A stretch of 64,000 nucleotides of DNA from Octopus sinensis (taxonomy: Eukaryota): contig NC_043023.1 of NCBI RefSeq assembly GCF_006345805.1, positions 9,858,001-9,922,000 of the forward strand. The letters are read 5' to 3'. The notes beneath the pieces are model-generated. The model searched no databases. It saw only the letters and a program-made list of their open reading frames with translations, and was not told the origin of the DNA. The translations under genes were made by a program, and so were the position numbers. Shown here one piece after another: positions 24,850 through 37,138 of the stretch (positions are counted from its first letter, which is position 1; every line of letters starts with the position of its first letter).

Positions 24850-25145
24850 ATGAACTCTACGTCCACGATGTCTATAACAACATGTTATTTAGCAAACCGG
24901 AATGCTTCATCAAGCAGTGAACTTGATATAGAAGAATAAAAATCTGTAATATCGACCTGAATAAATCTAGTCTTGTGCTTATTCTCAATGTGCTTAAACC
25001 AGTTTATTACAGAAATACAATTATCCCATTGTTGTAGCCTAGCGGTCTCTCTAATCTTGACTGTCATATTCTTAAGTTGTTTTTTTTGTTGTTTTTTTGT
25101 TGGTTTTTTTTTTTTTTTTGGTGGGGCTACCAACCTAATTTCAGT
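24850..25145 (-). mobile_element. Penelope-like element RT fragment
   Basis: KIRE...LQQWDNC..VINWFKHIENKHKTRFIQVDITDFYSSIS..LL..AF.FAK resembles PLE RT motif A (family recalled; needs HMM check). Confidence 0.7.
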
Positions 25146-25159
25146 GTTCACTGCGTTTG

Positions 25160-25731
25160 ACAATCTACAAATATTTTATTACGAAAATTGGGTTTATGGT
25201 CCCTTATAGTAATAAAAGGTATAATCTACAAATGTTTTATTATGAAAATTGGAATTATTTTCATAAAAATATTATCATTATTATTATTATTATTATTATT
25301 ATCATTATGAAAAATATTCCAAAATATAATCTACAAATGTTTTATTATGAAAATTGGTTTTTTTTGTCCCTTATAGTAATAAAAGGTTCCCTGTTTTACT
25401 AAACATTCCAAAATATAATCTACAAATATTTTATTACGAAAATTGGGTTTTTTTGGTCCCTTATAGTAATAAAAGGTTCCCTGTTTTACTAAACATTCCA
25501 AAATATAATCTACAAATGTTTTATTATGAAAATTGGGTTTTTTTGTCCCTTATAGTAATAAAAGGTTCCCTGTTTTACTAAACATTCCAAAATATAATCT
25601 ACAAATGTTTTATTATGAAAATTGGGTTTTTTTGTCCCTTAAAGTAATAAAAGGTTCCCTGTTTTACTAAACATTCCAAAATATAATCTACAAATGTTTT
25701 ATTATGAAAATTGGAATTATTTTCATAAAGA

Positions 25732-25764
<33 letters not shown>

Positions 25765-26356
25765 GAAAAAACATTCCAAAATATAATCTACAAATATTTT
25801 ATTACGAAAATTGGGTTTTTTTGGTCCCTTATAGTAATAAAAGTTTCCGTTTTACTAAACATTCCAAAATATAATCTACAAACGTTTTATTATGAAAATT
25901 GGGTTCATTTTCATAATAATTATTTTCATAACGATATTATTATTATTACTATTATTATTATTATTATTATCATTATGAAAAATATTCCAAAATATAATCT
26001 ACAAATGTTTTATTATGAAAATTGGGGTTTTTTGTCCCTTAAAGTAATAAAAGGTTCCCTGTTTTACTAAACATTCCAAAATATAATCTACAAATGTTTT
26101 ATTATGAAAATTGGAATTATTTTCATAAAGATATTATTATTATTATTATTATTATTATGAAAAAACATTCCAAAATATAATCTACAAATATTTTATTACG
26201 AAAATTGGGTTTTTTTGGTCCCTTATAGTAATAAAAGTTTCTGTTTTACTAAACATTCCAAAATATAATCTAGAAACATTTTATTATGAAAATTGGGTTC
26301 ATTTTCATAATAATTATTTTCATAACGATATTATTATTATTACTATTATTATTACA

Positions 26357-26391
<35 letters not shown>

Positions 26392-26500
26392 CATTATGAA
26401 AAATATTCCAAAATATAATCTACAAATGTTTTATTACGAAAATTGGGTTTTTTTGGTCCCTTAAAGTAATAAAAGGTTCCCTGTTTTACTAAACATTCCA
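25160..26500. repeat. ~88-bp AT-rich satellite with (ATT)n-containing variant units
   Basis: CAAAATATAATCTACAAATGTTTTATTATGAAAATTGG repeated about 15 times. Confidence 0.9.
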
Positions 26501-26564
26501 ATCTATCGTCGATTTTACAACTTTTAGTGAGGAATGTAGCTTCGTTGTTAATATCTTTGTATCT

Positions 26565-26730
26565 CAGTAAAATTACCATATTTCTGGGGCCCCAATATAA
26601 AGAGCATAATTACAAGCAAACACGACCAAGGGTCTACTCCCAGGTGTAACTGTCGAAACCCAGGAACTTATCCACTCGACCAAGGATGCATGATTAAATG
26701 TGTCAAATATGAAGCAGAAGTTACAGTAAT
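26565..26730 (+). mobile_element. Penelope-like element fragment: RT end and Cys-rich linker before GIY-YIG
   Basis: VKLPY-(frameshift)-PNIKSIITS...CNCRNPGTYPLDQGCMIKCVKYEAEV resembles VKLSYSCMPNIKSII...CNCR....CPL.G.CL...V.Y.A.V. Confidence 0.65.
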
Positions 26731-26905
26731 ACTATAGGGTGTCCACGAAGTCTGGGTACATGGAGTAAGTAAAATCATAACAAAAAATTAATTACAGAGA
26801 TGTACTTGCATAGCAAGTGACCTGATCTGAGACCCTGTGCTGGAACAAAACAATTGCAAGCGTGGAAGGTGTTTATAAGCCATTTAAGAAACACACAATA
26901 GCCGT

Positions 26906-26986
<81 letters not shown>

Positions 26987-26993
26987 TATATAT

Positions 26994-27296
26994 AGAGGCG
27001 CAATGGCCCGGTGGTCAGGGCAGCGGACCCGCGGTAGTAGGATCGTGGTTTCGATTCCCGGACTGGGCGTTGTGAGTGTTTATTGAGCGAAAACACCTAC
27101 AAAAGCTCCACGAGGCTCCGGCAGGGGATGGTGGTGATCCCTGCTGTACTCTTTCAGCACTCTTTCTCTCACACTTTCTTCTGTTCGCCTGCTCGCTTAG
27201 TCAGCGGGGTGGCGTCATTTGAAGGCTAAAACAATGCAAAGCGCATTGTGACCAGCGATGTGTAGCAACATCTAATGGTCTGGTCGGTCGCGTGTT
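26994..27296 (+). mobile_element. tRNA-SINE family B variant
   Basis: GGAGGCGCAATGGCCCGGTGG head, GTTTCGATTCCC B-box variant. Confidence 0.8.
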
Positions 27297-27514
27297 ATAT
27301 ATATATATATGTATACACACATATATTTGCAGAGATGTACTTGCATAGCAAGAGACCTGATCTGAGATCATGTGCTGGAACGAAAACAATTGCAGCGTGG
27401 AAGGTGTTTGTAAACCATTTAAGAAACACACAAAAACCGTTCGATTCACTTCAACATTTAAGTTTAATTTGTCAAAATATTTTCATCACCTTGAGCCACG
27501 TATGAGGTTTAAAG

Positions 27515-27677
27515 TCAAGTGGATGTGTGGTAAGTAGCTTGCTTACGAACCACATGGTTCCAGGTTCAGTCCCACTGCATGACACCTTGGGCAAGTGCCT
27601 TCTACTATAGCCTCAGGCCGACCAAAGCCTTGTGAGTGGATTTGGTAGACGGAAACCCGTCGTATATATTTATATAG

Positions 27678-27718
<41 letters not shown>

Positions 27719-28300
27719 AATATATATATATATATATATAGGTGAAGGAGTGGCTGTGTGGTAAGTAGCTTGCTTATGGCACCTTGGGCAAGTGTCTCCT
27801 ACTATAGCCTCGGGCCGACCAAAGCCTTGTGAGTGGATTTGGTAGACGGAAACTGAAAGAAGCCCATCGTATGTATTATAGGTTTAGGAGTGGTTGTGTG
27901 GTAAGTAGCTTGCTTATGAACCACATGGTTCCGGGTTCAGTCCCACTGCATGGCACCTTGGGCAAGTGTCTTCTACTATAGCCTCGGGCCGACCAAAGCC
28001 TTGTGAGTGGATTTGGTAGACGGAAACTGAAAGAAGCCCATCGTATGTATTATAGGTTTAGGAGTGGCTGTGTGGTAAGTAGCTTGCTAACCAACCACAT
28101 GGTTCCGGGTTCAGTCCCACTGCATGGCACCTTGGGCAAGTGTCTTCTACTATAGCCTCAGGCCGACCAAAGCTGTGAGTAGATTTGGTAGAAGGAAACT
28201 GAAGGAAGCCCATCGTATATATATGTATAAAGGTGCAGGAGTGGCTGTGTGGTAAGTAGCTTGCTTACCAACCACATGGCTCCAGGTTCAGTCCCACTGC
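27515..28300 (+). repeat. Tandem run of ~5 family-A SINE 5' halves
   Basis: GGAGTGGCTGTGTGGTAAG...GAAAGAAGCCCATCGTATG units; two are joined by an identical TATTATAGGTTTA spacer. Confidence 0.85.
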
Positions 28301-28436
28301 GTTAATCAGCCGAAATTGCGAGGATGATCCGTTCTTGACTGAATTAGAGGCTCCGAATGACCTGTCCGTTTTTTATGTTGTCTCTTTGAGTGTTTTGTGC
28401 GTCCTTGTCCCCTTTTGTATTTTTATATATATATTT

Positions 28437-28468
<32 letters not shown>

Positions 28469-28705
28469 TATATGATGTATGTAGTGGGTGGTATATTTGT
28501 GTGTCTCTGTTTGTACTCACAACATCGCTTGACAAACAGATATGTGTGTCTATGTAAATAAAGCACACGGTACACATTGCAAACTGGTTAGAATTAGGAG
28601 GGAATCCATCCAAAGAATCTCAGCCAAATTAGACTAGAACCTGGTGCAACACTAAAGTTTGCCAGCTCATGTCACACTGTGCCACACGTGCCAGCATATA
28701 AAATT

Positions 28706-29358
28706 GGATCTTTTCCTTTTGAAGGCCAGATTTCAACACAATTTCTAGTCAACTAAACACTTTAAAACTTCGTATACTGGTAGAATGTGTCAAAATAAAA
28801 CATATTTTTTCTCTTGGCTTTCTTGAGAAAATTGTAATTTGTTTGTTTAACGTAGTTTAATTTTTCGAATTTTAACCAATCCTATGCTCTCTTTTGAGCT
28901 AAAATCATTTGCTGCGTCTAAAACTGAGACAACATCCTGTCACTAACCCGAAACCTCCCCCTAACCCTAACCCTGAATTTTTTTTTTTCTTAATTGTTAA
29001 ATTAATTTAATTGTTACGCATGTAAAAAAAACTAAAACAATGGAATTAAATTAATTTAACAATTAAGGAAAAAAAAATTTATGGTTAGGGTTAGGGGGAG
29101 GTTTAGGGTTAGTTACAGGATGTTGTGTCAGTTTTAGACGCAGCAAATGATTTTAGTTGAATGGAGGTAATCGATTGGTTAAAATTGCCGAAATGCTCGG
29201 ATTTTTAGACGAAATATCTTACAAACTATAGAATTTTCTCAATAAAACCAAGAGAAAATGATGTTTTATTTTGACACATTCTCCCAGTATATGAAGTTTA
29301 AAAGTGTTTAGTTACCTAGAAATTATGTTGAAATCTGGCCTTCAAAAGGAAAAGATCC
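28706..29358. mobile_element. Long-TIR (~300 bp arms) member of the GGATC MITE family
   Basis: GGATCTTTTCCTTTTGAAGGCCAGATTTCAAC ... GTTGAAATCTGGCCTTCAAAAGGAAAAGATCC; no clean TSD. Confidence 0.8.
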
Positions 29359-29551
29359 AAAATATTGTTAAAGGATGATGATTATGATGATGATGATGAA
29401 AACACAGACAAAATCAACAATTTAATCTTTTATTCATAATTCTTATTTCTTTATTCTTTCATAACAAACTTCTCAAGAATCCAACAACACCATCTTCAGC
29501 AATCAAAGTCATCACTGAGCTTATATATTTACCTTTTTTAAATACTTTTTA

Positions 29552-30367
29552 GGCGCCCTTTTAAAGCCTAGCCAGTCTCATGGGCCCGGTTTCCCGGTTT
29601 CTGTGGCATATGCGTTACCCCCTGCTAGACGGGGCGCCAGTCCATCGCAGCGTTACTCAAGAAACAGGAAGAAAGAGTGAGAGAAAGTTAGGGCAAAAGA
29701 GTACAATAGGGGTCGCCACCATCCCCTGCTGGAGCCTTGTGGTGCTTTAGGTGTTTTCACTCAATAAACACACACAACGCCCGGTCTGGGAATTGAAACC
29801 GCGATCCTATGACTGCGAGTCCACTGCCCTAACCACTGGGCCATTGCACCTCCACAAACAAATGTGCCCTTTTAAAGCCTAGTCAGTCTCATGGGCCCGG
29901 TTTCTGTGGCGTATGTGTTCCCCCCAGCTGGACGGGGCACCAGTCCATCGCAGCATTACTCAAGAAACAGGAAGAAAGAATGAGAAAAAGTTGGGGTGAA
30001 AGAGTACAATAGGGGTCGCCACCACCTCGTGGTGCTTTAGGTGTTCATGAAATTAACGTGCAAGTGGCTGAGTACTCCACAGACATGTGTACCCTTAACG
30101 TAGTTCTCAGGGAGATTCAGCATGACACTGAGTGTGACAAAGCTGGCCCCTTTGAAATTACAGGTACAACAGAAACAAGAAGAAAGGGTAAGAGAAAGTT
30201 GTGGTGAAAGAGTACAGCAGGTGTCGTTACCACCCCCTGCCAGAGCCTCGTGGAGCTTTAGATGTTTTCGCTCAATAAACACTCACAATGCCCGGTCTGG
30301 GAATCGAAACCGCGATCTTCCGACTGCGAGTCTGCTGCTCTAACCACTGGGCCATTTTGCCCTCCAC
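29552..30367 (-). mobile_element. Cluster of three family-B SINE copies
   Basis: Heads end CCTCCAC at 29855 and 30367; middle copy partial. Confidence 0.8.
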
Positions 30368-30505
30368 TATATATTTACATATACATACGATATTGAAGTT
30401 GATGAATTTGATGTTGACATTGATGAAATTGAAGTTGATAATGTCAAATTTGAAGAGGAAAAAAACGTCTTTTATTAGACAAAATAGTCATAACTTTTGT
30501 CGTAA

Positions 30506-31153
30506 TCTCTATATATAAAGCTGAAGTTGTCTGTGTATGGCAGGTTTGGTAGCCTTCAACTAACACTATCACCTCCGAGACCCTGCGGTGCAAGTTGACC
30601 AAAATTGAGAGTATGATAGAAAAAGGCTTGTTCTTCCTTCCGTAGAAGACAAAATTTGAATCAGACCATGTTAACACCAAAAATTATTTACATGAAAATG
30701 GTGCTTTTTTTCTATGAAAATCCCTGTTTTTTTACAACTTTTTGACTGCTGTGTCGTCATTTTTCGGTGTATTTCAACCAGAAATATAAGGCTGAAGTTG
30801 TCTGTGTATGGCAGAGTTGGTAGCCTTCAACTAACACTATCTCCTCCGAGATCCTGCAGCACAAGTTGACCAAAATTGAGAGTATGATAGAAAAAGGCTT
30901 GCTCTCCTTTCCGTAGAAGAAAACATTCAAATCGGACCATGTTAACACCAAAAAGGTGCTATAGTTTTCTATGAAAATCCCTGTTTTTTTACAATTTTTT
31001 TACTGCTGTGTCGCCATTTTTCAGTGTATTTCAACCAGAAAAATGTTCACTTAAAGAGAATAACAAGCTACATAATGCAAAATTTTTACTTTTCAAAGAT
31101 TCCAATTCTAAAGGGTCGAAACAAACCCGAGCAACTTCGGGCGATACAGCTAG
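30506..31153 (+). mobile_element. Helitron H2 tandem pair ending 21 bp from the ZNF stop codon
   Basis: A|TCTCTATATATAAAGCTGAAG start; hairpin then GCTAG|T at 31153. Confidence 0.8.
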
Positions 31154-31174
31154 TAAATTTTAAAACTGATACAG

Positions 31175-33340
31175 TTATACTTGTGTGTGAATACTCAGAT
31201 GTGTATTTAAGTGACTTTTTTGAGAGAATGATTTACCACAGGTATCACAATGATATGGTTTCTCACCTGTGTGAATACGCTTGTGTTTAGTTAATTCACC
31301 ACTTTCAGAGAATGTTTTGCCACAGATATCACATTCGTAAGGTCTTTCCCCTGTATGAATGCGCCTGTGTTTTGTAAAATTACTATTTTCAGAAAATGAT
31401 TTGCCACAGATATCACAATGATATGGCTTCTCACCTGTATGAATTCGTTTATGCCTTTTCAGGTAACTGGAATTGGAAAATGATTTACCACAGGTATCAC
31501 AATCAAATAGTTTTCCCCTAGTATGAATGCATTTGTGTTTAGTAAAATCACCATTTTTAGTGAATGATTTACCGCAGACATTACAAAGATATGGCTTCTC
31601 ACCTGTATGAATAAGTTTGTGCCTTTTCAAGTTACCTGCATCAGAAAATGACCGACCACAGATATCACAATGATATGGTTTCTCACCTGTATGAATACGC
31701 TTGTGTTTATTTAACTCACCTCTTTCAGAAAATGATTTTCCGCAGATATCACAGTGATATGGTCTCTCCCCACTATGAATGCGTTTGTGTTTAGAAAAAT
31801 TACTATTTTCAGAGAATGATTTATCACAGATATCACAATGATATGGCTTCTCACCTGTATGAATTCGTATATGCCTTTTCAAGTAACTGGCATTGGAAAA
31901 TGATTTACCACAGGTATCACAGTTGTATAGTTTTTCCCCAGAATGAATGCATTTGTGTTTAGTAAAATCATCATTTTCAGAGTAAGATCTGCCGCATATT
32001 CCACAGCTATAAGGATTCTTGTCTGTATGATTACATTTGTGACCAGTTAAATCACCATCTTCAGTGAATGATTCACCACAGATATTGCAACGATATGCCT
32101 TCTCTCCTGTATGAATATCTCCATGATAACTGCTATTTCCAGAGAATGATTTACCACATATAACACAGTGATATGGTTTTTCCGCATTATGAATGCATTT
32201 ATGATTCTGGCTATCACGATATGGCCTCTCACCTGTATGAATATATTTGTGCCTTTTCAGGTTACCAACTTCAGAAAATGATCTGCCGCAGGTATCACAA
32301 TGATATGGCTTCTCACCTGTATGAACACGCTTGTGTTTGGTCAACCGACTGTTTGCAGTGAATGATTTATCACAGATATCACAACGATATTGTTTTTCCC
32401 CAGTATGAACGCATTTGTGTTTAGCCAAATTACTATTTTCAGAGAATGTTTTACCACAGGTATCACAACAATATGGCTTCTCACCTGTATGTGTAGGTTT
32501 ATGATTATTCAAGGGATTAATCATATCATACTGATATGGGTTTACTCCAGTATGAAAACATTTGTGACTAGTCAGGTGACTATTAGAAGAGAATGATTTA
32601 CCACAGAAATCACAATGGTATGGCTTCTCACCTGTATGAACACGTTTGTGATTGGTTAAGGTGCAATTTTCAGAAAATGATTTACCACAGGTTTCACAGC
32701 GAAATGGTTTTTCTCCTGTATGAATGCGTTTGTGACTGGTCAAATGACTATTTATAGCGAATAATTTACCACAGATTTCACAATGAAATGGTTTCTCACC
32801 TGTATGAATACGGAGGTGTTTAATTAAGTTACTGCTCACAGAGAATGATTTACCACAGATCTCACAGTGATATGGTTTCTCACCTGTATGAATACGCATG
32901 TGCCTAGTCAGGTGACTGCTTTCAGAAAATGATTCACCACAGACATCACAATGATAAGGTTTCTCCCCTCTATGAATGCGCTTGTGCTTAGTCAAATGAC
33001 TATTACGAGAGAATGATTTATCACAAATATCACACTGATATGGCCTCTCTCCTGTATGAACACGTTTGTGTTTAGTCAAGCAACCATTTTCAGTGAACGT
33101 TTTACCGCAGATATCGCAATGATACGGCCTCTCACCTGTATGCGTACGTTTGTGTTTAGTTAAGGCGGTCCTGTGTGAGAACGGCTTACCGCAGATATCA
33201 CAACGATATGGCTTTTCTCCTGTATGCGTACGTATATGACAAGTCAAGTAACTCCTCCGGGAGAACGAATTACCACAGACATCACAGGAATATGGTTTCT
33301 GGCTTGGGTCAGGATTTTTTGGTGCAGTTAAATCATTCAT
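31175..33340 (-). CDS. C2H2 zinc-finger protein, 721 aa, 23 intact and 3 degenerate fingers, no effector domain
   Basis: CxxC-x12-HxxxH with TGEKP linkers; first ATG after the acceptor TTTCAG|33479 is at 33340 (MNDLTAPK). Confidence 0.92.
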   Translation of the reverse strand: MNDLTAPKNPDPSQKPYSCDVCGNSFSRRSYLTCHIRTHTGEKPYRCDICGKPFSHRTALTKHKRTHTGERPYHCDICGKTFTENGCLTKHKRVHTGERPYQCDICDKSFSRNSHLTKHKRIHRGEKPYHCDVCGESFSESSHLTRHMRIHTGEKPYHCEICGKSFSVSSNLIKHLRIHTGEKPFHCEICGKLFAINSHLTSHKRIHTGEKPFRCETCGKSFSENCTLTNHKRVHTGEKPYHCDFCGKSFSSNSHLTSHKCFHTGVNPYQYDMINPLNNHKPTHTGEKPYCCDTCGKTFSENSNLAKHKCVHTGEKQYRCDICDKSFTANSRLTKHKRVHTGEKPYHCDTCGRSFSEVGNLKRHKYIHTGERPYRDSQNHKCIHNAEKPYHCVICGKSFSGNSSYHGDIHTGEKAYRCNICGESFTEDGDLTGHKCNHTDKNPYSCGICGRSYSENDDFTKHKCIHSGEKLYNCDTCGKSFSNASYLKRHIRIHTGEKPYHCDICDKSFSENSNFSKHKRIHSGERPYHCDICGKSFSERGELNKHKRIHTGEKPYHCDICGRSFSDAGNLKRHKLIHTGEKPYLCNVCGKSFTKNGDFTKHKCIHTRGKLFDCDTCGKSFSNSSYLKRHKRIHTGEKPYHCDICGKSFSENSNFTKHRRIHTGERPYECDICGKTFSESGELTKHKRIHTGEKPYHCDTCGKSFSQKSHLNTHLSIHTQV

Positions 33341-33579
33341 TATGAGAGAATATTTATACAAAAAAGTTGATCTATCGATGAACGCTACTTGTAAATGTAT
33401 CGTTTTCCTTTCGTTGATAAAAGTATCAAAGGCACATTTGAATGAAGGGATCCCTTTTCTGTCAACTCGGTGTGATATTCTGAAAATAAGAAAAAAGAAG
33501 CGGTAAGATAAAGACAATAGTTAAACGACATAGTAATAGAAAATTATGCTATCAAAATAAATCATCTTTTTACAGATCT

Positions 33580-34480
33580 GCGTAGGAGTGGCTGTGTGGT
33601 AAGTAGCTTGCTTACCAACCACATGGATTTGGTAGACGGAAACTGAAAGAAGCTCATCGTATATGTGTATATATATATGATTGTGTATGTATGTGTTTGT
33701 GTGTCAGTCTTTGTCCCCCCCAACCCCAATATCGCTTGATAACCAATGCTGGTGTGTTTACGTCCCCGTAACTTAGCGGTTCGGTAAAAGAGACCGATAG
33801 AAAAAGTACTAGGCTTACAAAAGAATAAGTCCTGGGGTCGATTTGCTCGACTAAAGGTGGTGCTCCAGCATGGCCGCAGTCAAATGACTGAAACAAGTAA
33901 AAGAGTAAACTTAGCGGTTCGGCAAAAGAGACCGATAGAATAAGTACTGGGCTTACAAAGAATAAGTCCCGGGGTCGATTTGCTCGACTAAAGGCGGTGC
34001 TCCAGCATGGCCGCAGTCAAATGACTGAAACAAGTAAAAGAGTAAAATCCCAAAGGTGGGGGGGAACCCTCTTTACATCCGCCACATGAATGTGTTGTTT
34101 ATGATGGAAAATATTGAAAACCATCAATACATAGGCGTAGGAGTAGCTGTGTCGTAAGTAGCTTGCTTACCAACCACATGGTTCCAGGTTCAGTCCCACT
34201 GCGTGGCACCTTGGGCAAGTGTCTTCTACTATAGCCTCGGGCCGACCAAAGCCCTGTGAGTGGATTTGGCAGACGGAAACTGAAAGAAGCCCTTCGTATA
34301 TATATATATATATAGGTGCAGGAGTGGCTGTGTGGTAAGTAGCTTGCTAACCAACCACATGGTTCCAGGTTCAGTCCCACTGCGTGGCACCTTGGGCAAG
34401 TGTCTTCTGCTATAGCCTCGGGCCGACCAGAGCCTTGTGAGTGGATTTGGTAGATGGAAACTGAAAGAAGCCCGTCGTAT
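33580..34480 (+). mobile_element. Cluster of family-A SINEs in ZNF intron 1 (one with a 3' duplication)
   Basis: Junction GAGTAAA|CTTAGC at ~33909; two 5' halves at 34133 and 34316. Confidence 0.8.
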
Positions 34481-34508
34481 ATATGTATATATATATACAA
34501 TATATATG

Positions 34509-34546
<38 letters not shown>

Positions 34547-34667
34547 AATTTTATATAGAGGGCATTATACATACATGCCACACGCTAAGAGGGACAATAG
34601 TCATTTCTACCAAAATATTACTAATCCCACCGAATGCAATTTTCAAGTAAGACATTTAAAAAATATA

Positions 34668-34712
34668 GACCTGTATCACAGTGATTTCATACTTACGTAT
34701 CATCAGCAGGCC
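34668..34712 (-). ncRNA. Minimal type I hammerhead ribozyme in ZNF intron 1 (sense to the gene)
   Basis: On -: GGCCTG-CTGATGA-TAC(GTAA)GTA-T-GAAA-TCACTGTGA-TA|CAGGTC; stem I 6 bp; quasi-palindromic stem III. Confidence 0.7.
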
Positions 34713-35989
34713 TGGATGTATCATAAATAAACGACCTGCCCGCTTAAGCCGATCAGCTAATGATCAACATCAACGAAGCACATGGGTGAGTTTACATATA
34801 TTACATCCTGTAAATGGCATACTTTTACGAATTGCATTTCGGGAAAGGAAAAGTTTTTTCGGAATAAAAATTTAGCAATTAAGGACAACTACTTAATAAG
34901 GAAAACTTAACAAGAAATTGTCAGGTAGATAGCATGAAAACCTCATAAGAGAATAAATTTCGAAAATAATTATTTCTTATTGAACATATTAATTTATATA
35001 TAGTAATATTTTTGGTAGAAATGACTAATTGTCCCTCTTAGCGTGTGGCATGTATGTATAATGCCCTCTGGCATGTATGTATAATGCCCTCTATATATAA
35101 ATTAATATGTTCAATAAGAAATAATTATTTTCGAAATTTATTCTCTTATGAGGTTTTCACGCTATCTACCTGACAATTACTTGTTAAGTTTTCCTTATTA
35201 AGTAGTTGTCCTTAATTGCTAAATTATATAATATATATATATATATTATGTATAATATATATATATATATATAAATAAAAACTTACTTGGAGAAGAGAAA
35301 CGACGCGTGCGTTCGGTCATATAATAACAATATAATAAATAAATAAAATATATGCATATATACATACATATATGTACGTACTTACATCTACATGTATATA
35401 TACAAGCATATATATATATATATATATGAGTACAGGACACCACAAATAAACGTAGAACACGAGAAACGAAAACACACACACATATATACACACACACATA
35501 TACATACATATATATACACACACACATATACATACATATATATATATACACACACATATACATACATATATATATATACACACACATATACATACATATA
35601 TATATATACACACACATATACATACATATATACACACACACACATATACATACATATATACGTATATATATATATATATATATATATACACGTACATATA
35701 TATATATATATATACACACACACATATACATACATATTTTTATTTTCATAAGAGCTAAAAACCACTATGTGGACAGCCATATGCTACAAATAGATCACCT
35801 ACGATCAAACTACAGTAGGTGATCTATTTCTAGCACATGGCTGTCCACATAGCGCTTTTTAGCTCTTAAAATACACACAGGTATTACAATTTTCTCTGAT
35901 TTTTCAGATTCTTGTATGCTAGGCTACTGGTTTTAAATTGATATTAATTAAATTAATATTCAATTTATCTCCCTCATTACTTAAATGTT

Positions 35990-36429
35990 GAGTGGCTGTG
36001 TGGTAAGTAGCTTGCTAACCAACCACATGGTTCCGGGTTCAGTCCCACTGCGTGGTACCTTGGGCAAGTGTCTTCTACTATAGCCTCGGGCCGACCAATG
36101 CCTTGTGAGTGGATTTGGTAGACGGAAACTGAAAGAAGCCTGTCGTATATATGTATATATATATATATATATGTGTGTGTTGTGTGTGTGTGTGTGTGTG
36201 TGTAGATATGGTTTTGTGTCTGTGTTTGTCCCCCTAGCATTGCTTGCGAAACCGATGCTGGTGTGTTTACGTCCCCGTCACTTAGCGGTTCGGCAAAAGA
36301 GCCCGATAGAATAAGTACTGGGCTTACAAAAGAATAAGTCCCGGGGTCGAGTTGCTCGACTAAAGGCGGTGCTCCAGCATGGCCGCAGTCAAATGACTGA
36401 AACAAGTAAAAGAGTAAAGAGTAAAGAGT
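35990..36429 (+). mobile_element. tRNA-SINE family A, full length
   Basis: Head, core and AGAGTAA tail present. Confidence 0.9.
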
Positions 36430-36881
36430 ATATGTATGTATGTATGCGTGTGTGTATGTTTGAAGAAAAAACAACAAATATCTTACAAACTGTAGAATTT
36501 TTTCAATAAAGCCAAGAGAAAAAGATGTTTTATAAACACATTCTACCAGTATACGAAGTTTAAAAGTGTTTAGTTACGTGGAAATTATTTTAAAAAACTG
36601 CCGGTCAAACCGAAAAGATCCGAAAATTGACCTTTAGTTCAACAGAATATCTGAAAAAAAGACGAAAAAAAATTTTCACTGAAGGCCAAAGGGGTCTAGT
36701 TGGGCCCCGAGGACCCTATTTCATGCTATAATATCTATGACTGGAAATTTTTAACTCGAAATTTCTAGGTATATATATAAACCTTTGACAATAAAAGCCA
36801 TCATTTAAATAAAAAATACAAAACATTGCATAATTTTAAAAATTTTCTGGGGTCCCAAGGGTCACCGCCAGCCCAACTCAC

Positions 36882-37040
36882 CGTATTCGGACTTAAATTG
36901 CAAGTCAGTGCCCGGCAATTAACGACCTTAATTAATAATTTAATTCGGTGCTTGGTTTAAGTGTTGTAGAAGTTATTGCCCTTTATATGATTGTATTTCT
37001 TTAATTCGCCAATAGATGGCTCTTACTGACTGGCTTGGTT
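36882..37040 (-). promoter_or_regulatory. Putative promoter and non-coding exon 1 of the 31-33 kb ZNF gene
   Basis: TATAAAG at 36987-36981; CCAATAGATGGC at 37009-37020; donor ACG|GTGAGT at 36881; homologous to 51.7 and 62.2 kb. Confidence 0.65.
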
Positions 37041-37138
37041 TCGTTTCGGTGGTTTTTAGATGTTTCCTTCTGTCGACAATTTTATTTTCAAATTTTTGGA
37101 AAAAAAATATTCCCCAGATTATTTTAAGAAGGTTTATT

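Noticed and set aside
28950-29115. Interstitial telomere or fusion site
   Set aside because: Only 2-3 TTAGGG units, at a fixed position inside MITE arms
33341-33517. ORF-track start of the 780-aa ZNF at 33517
   Set aside because: The non-ATG start lies in the intron upstream of the acceptor at 33479; the first ATG is 33340
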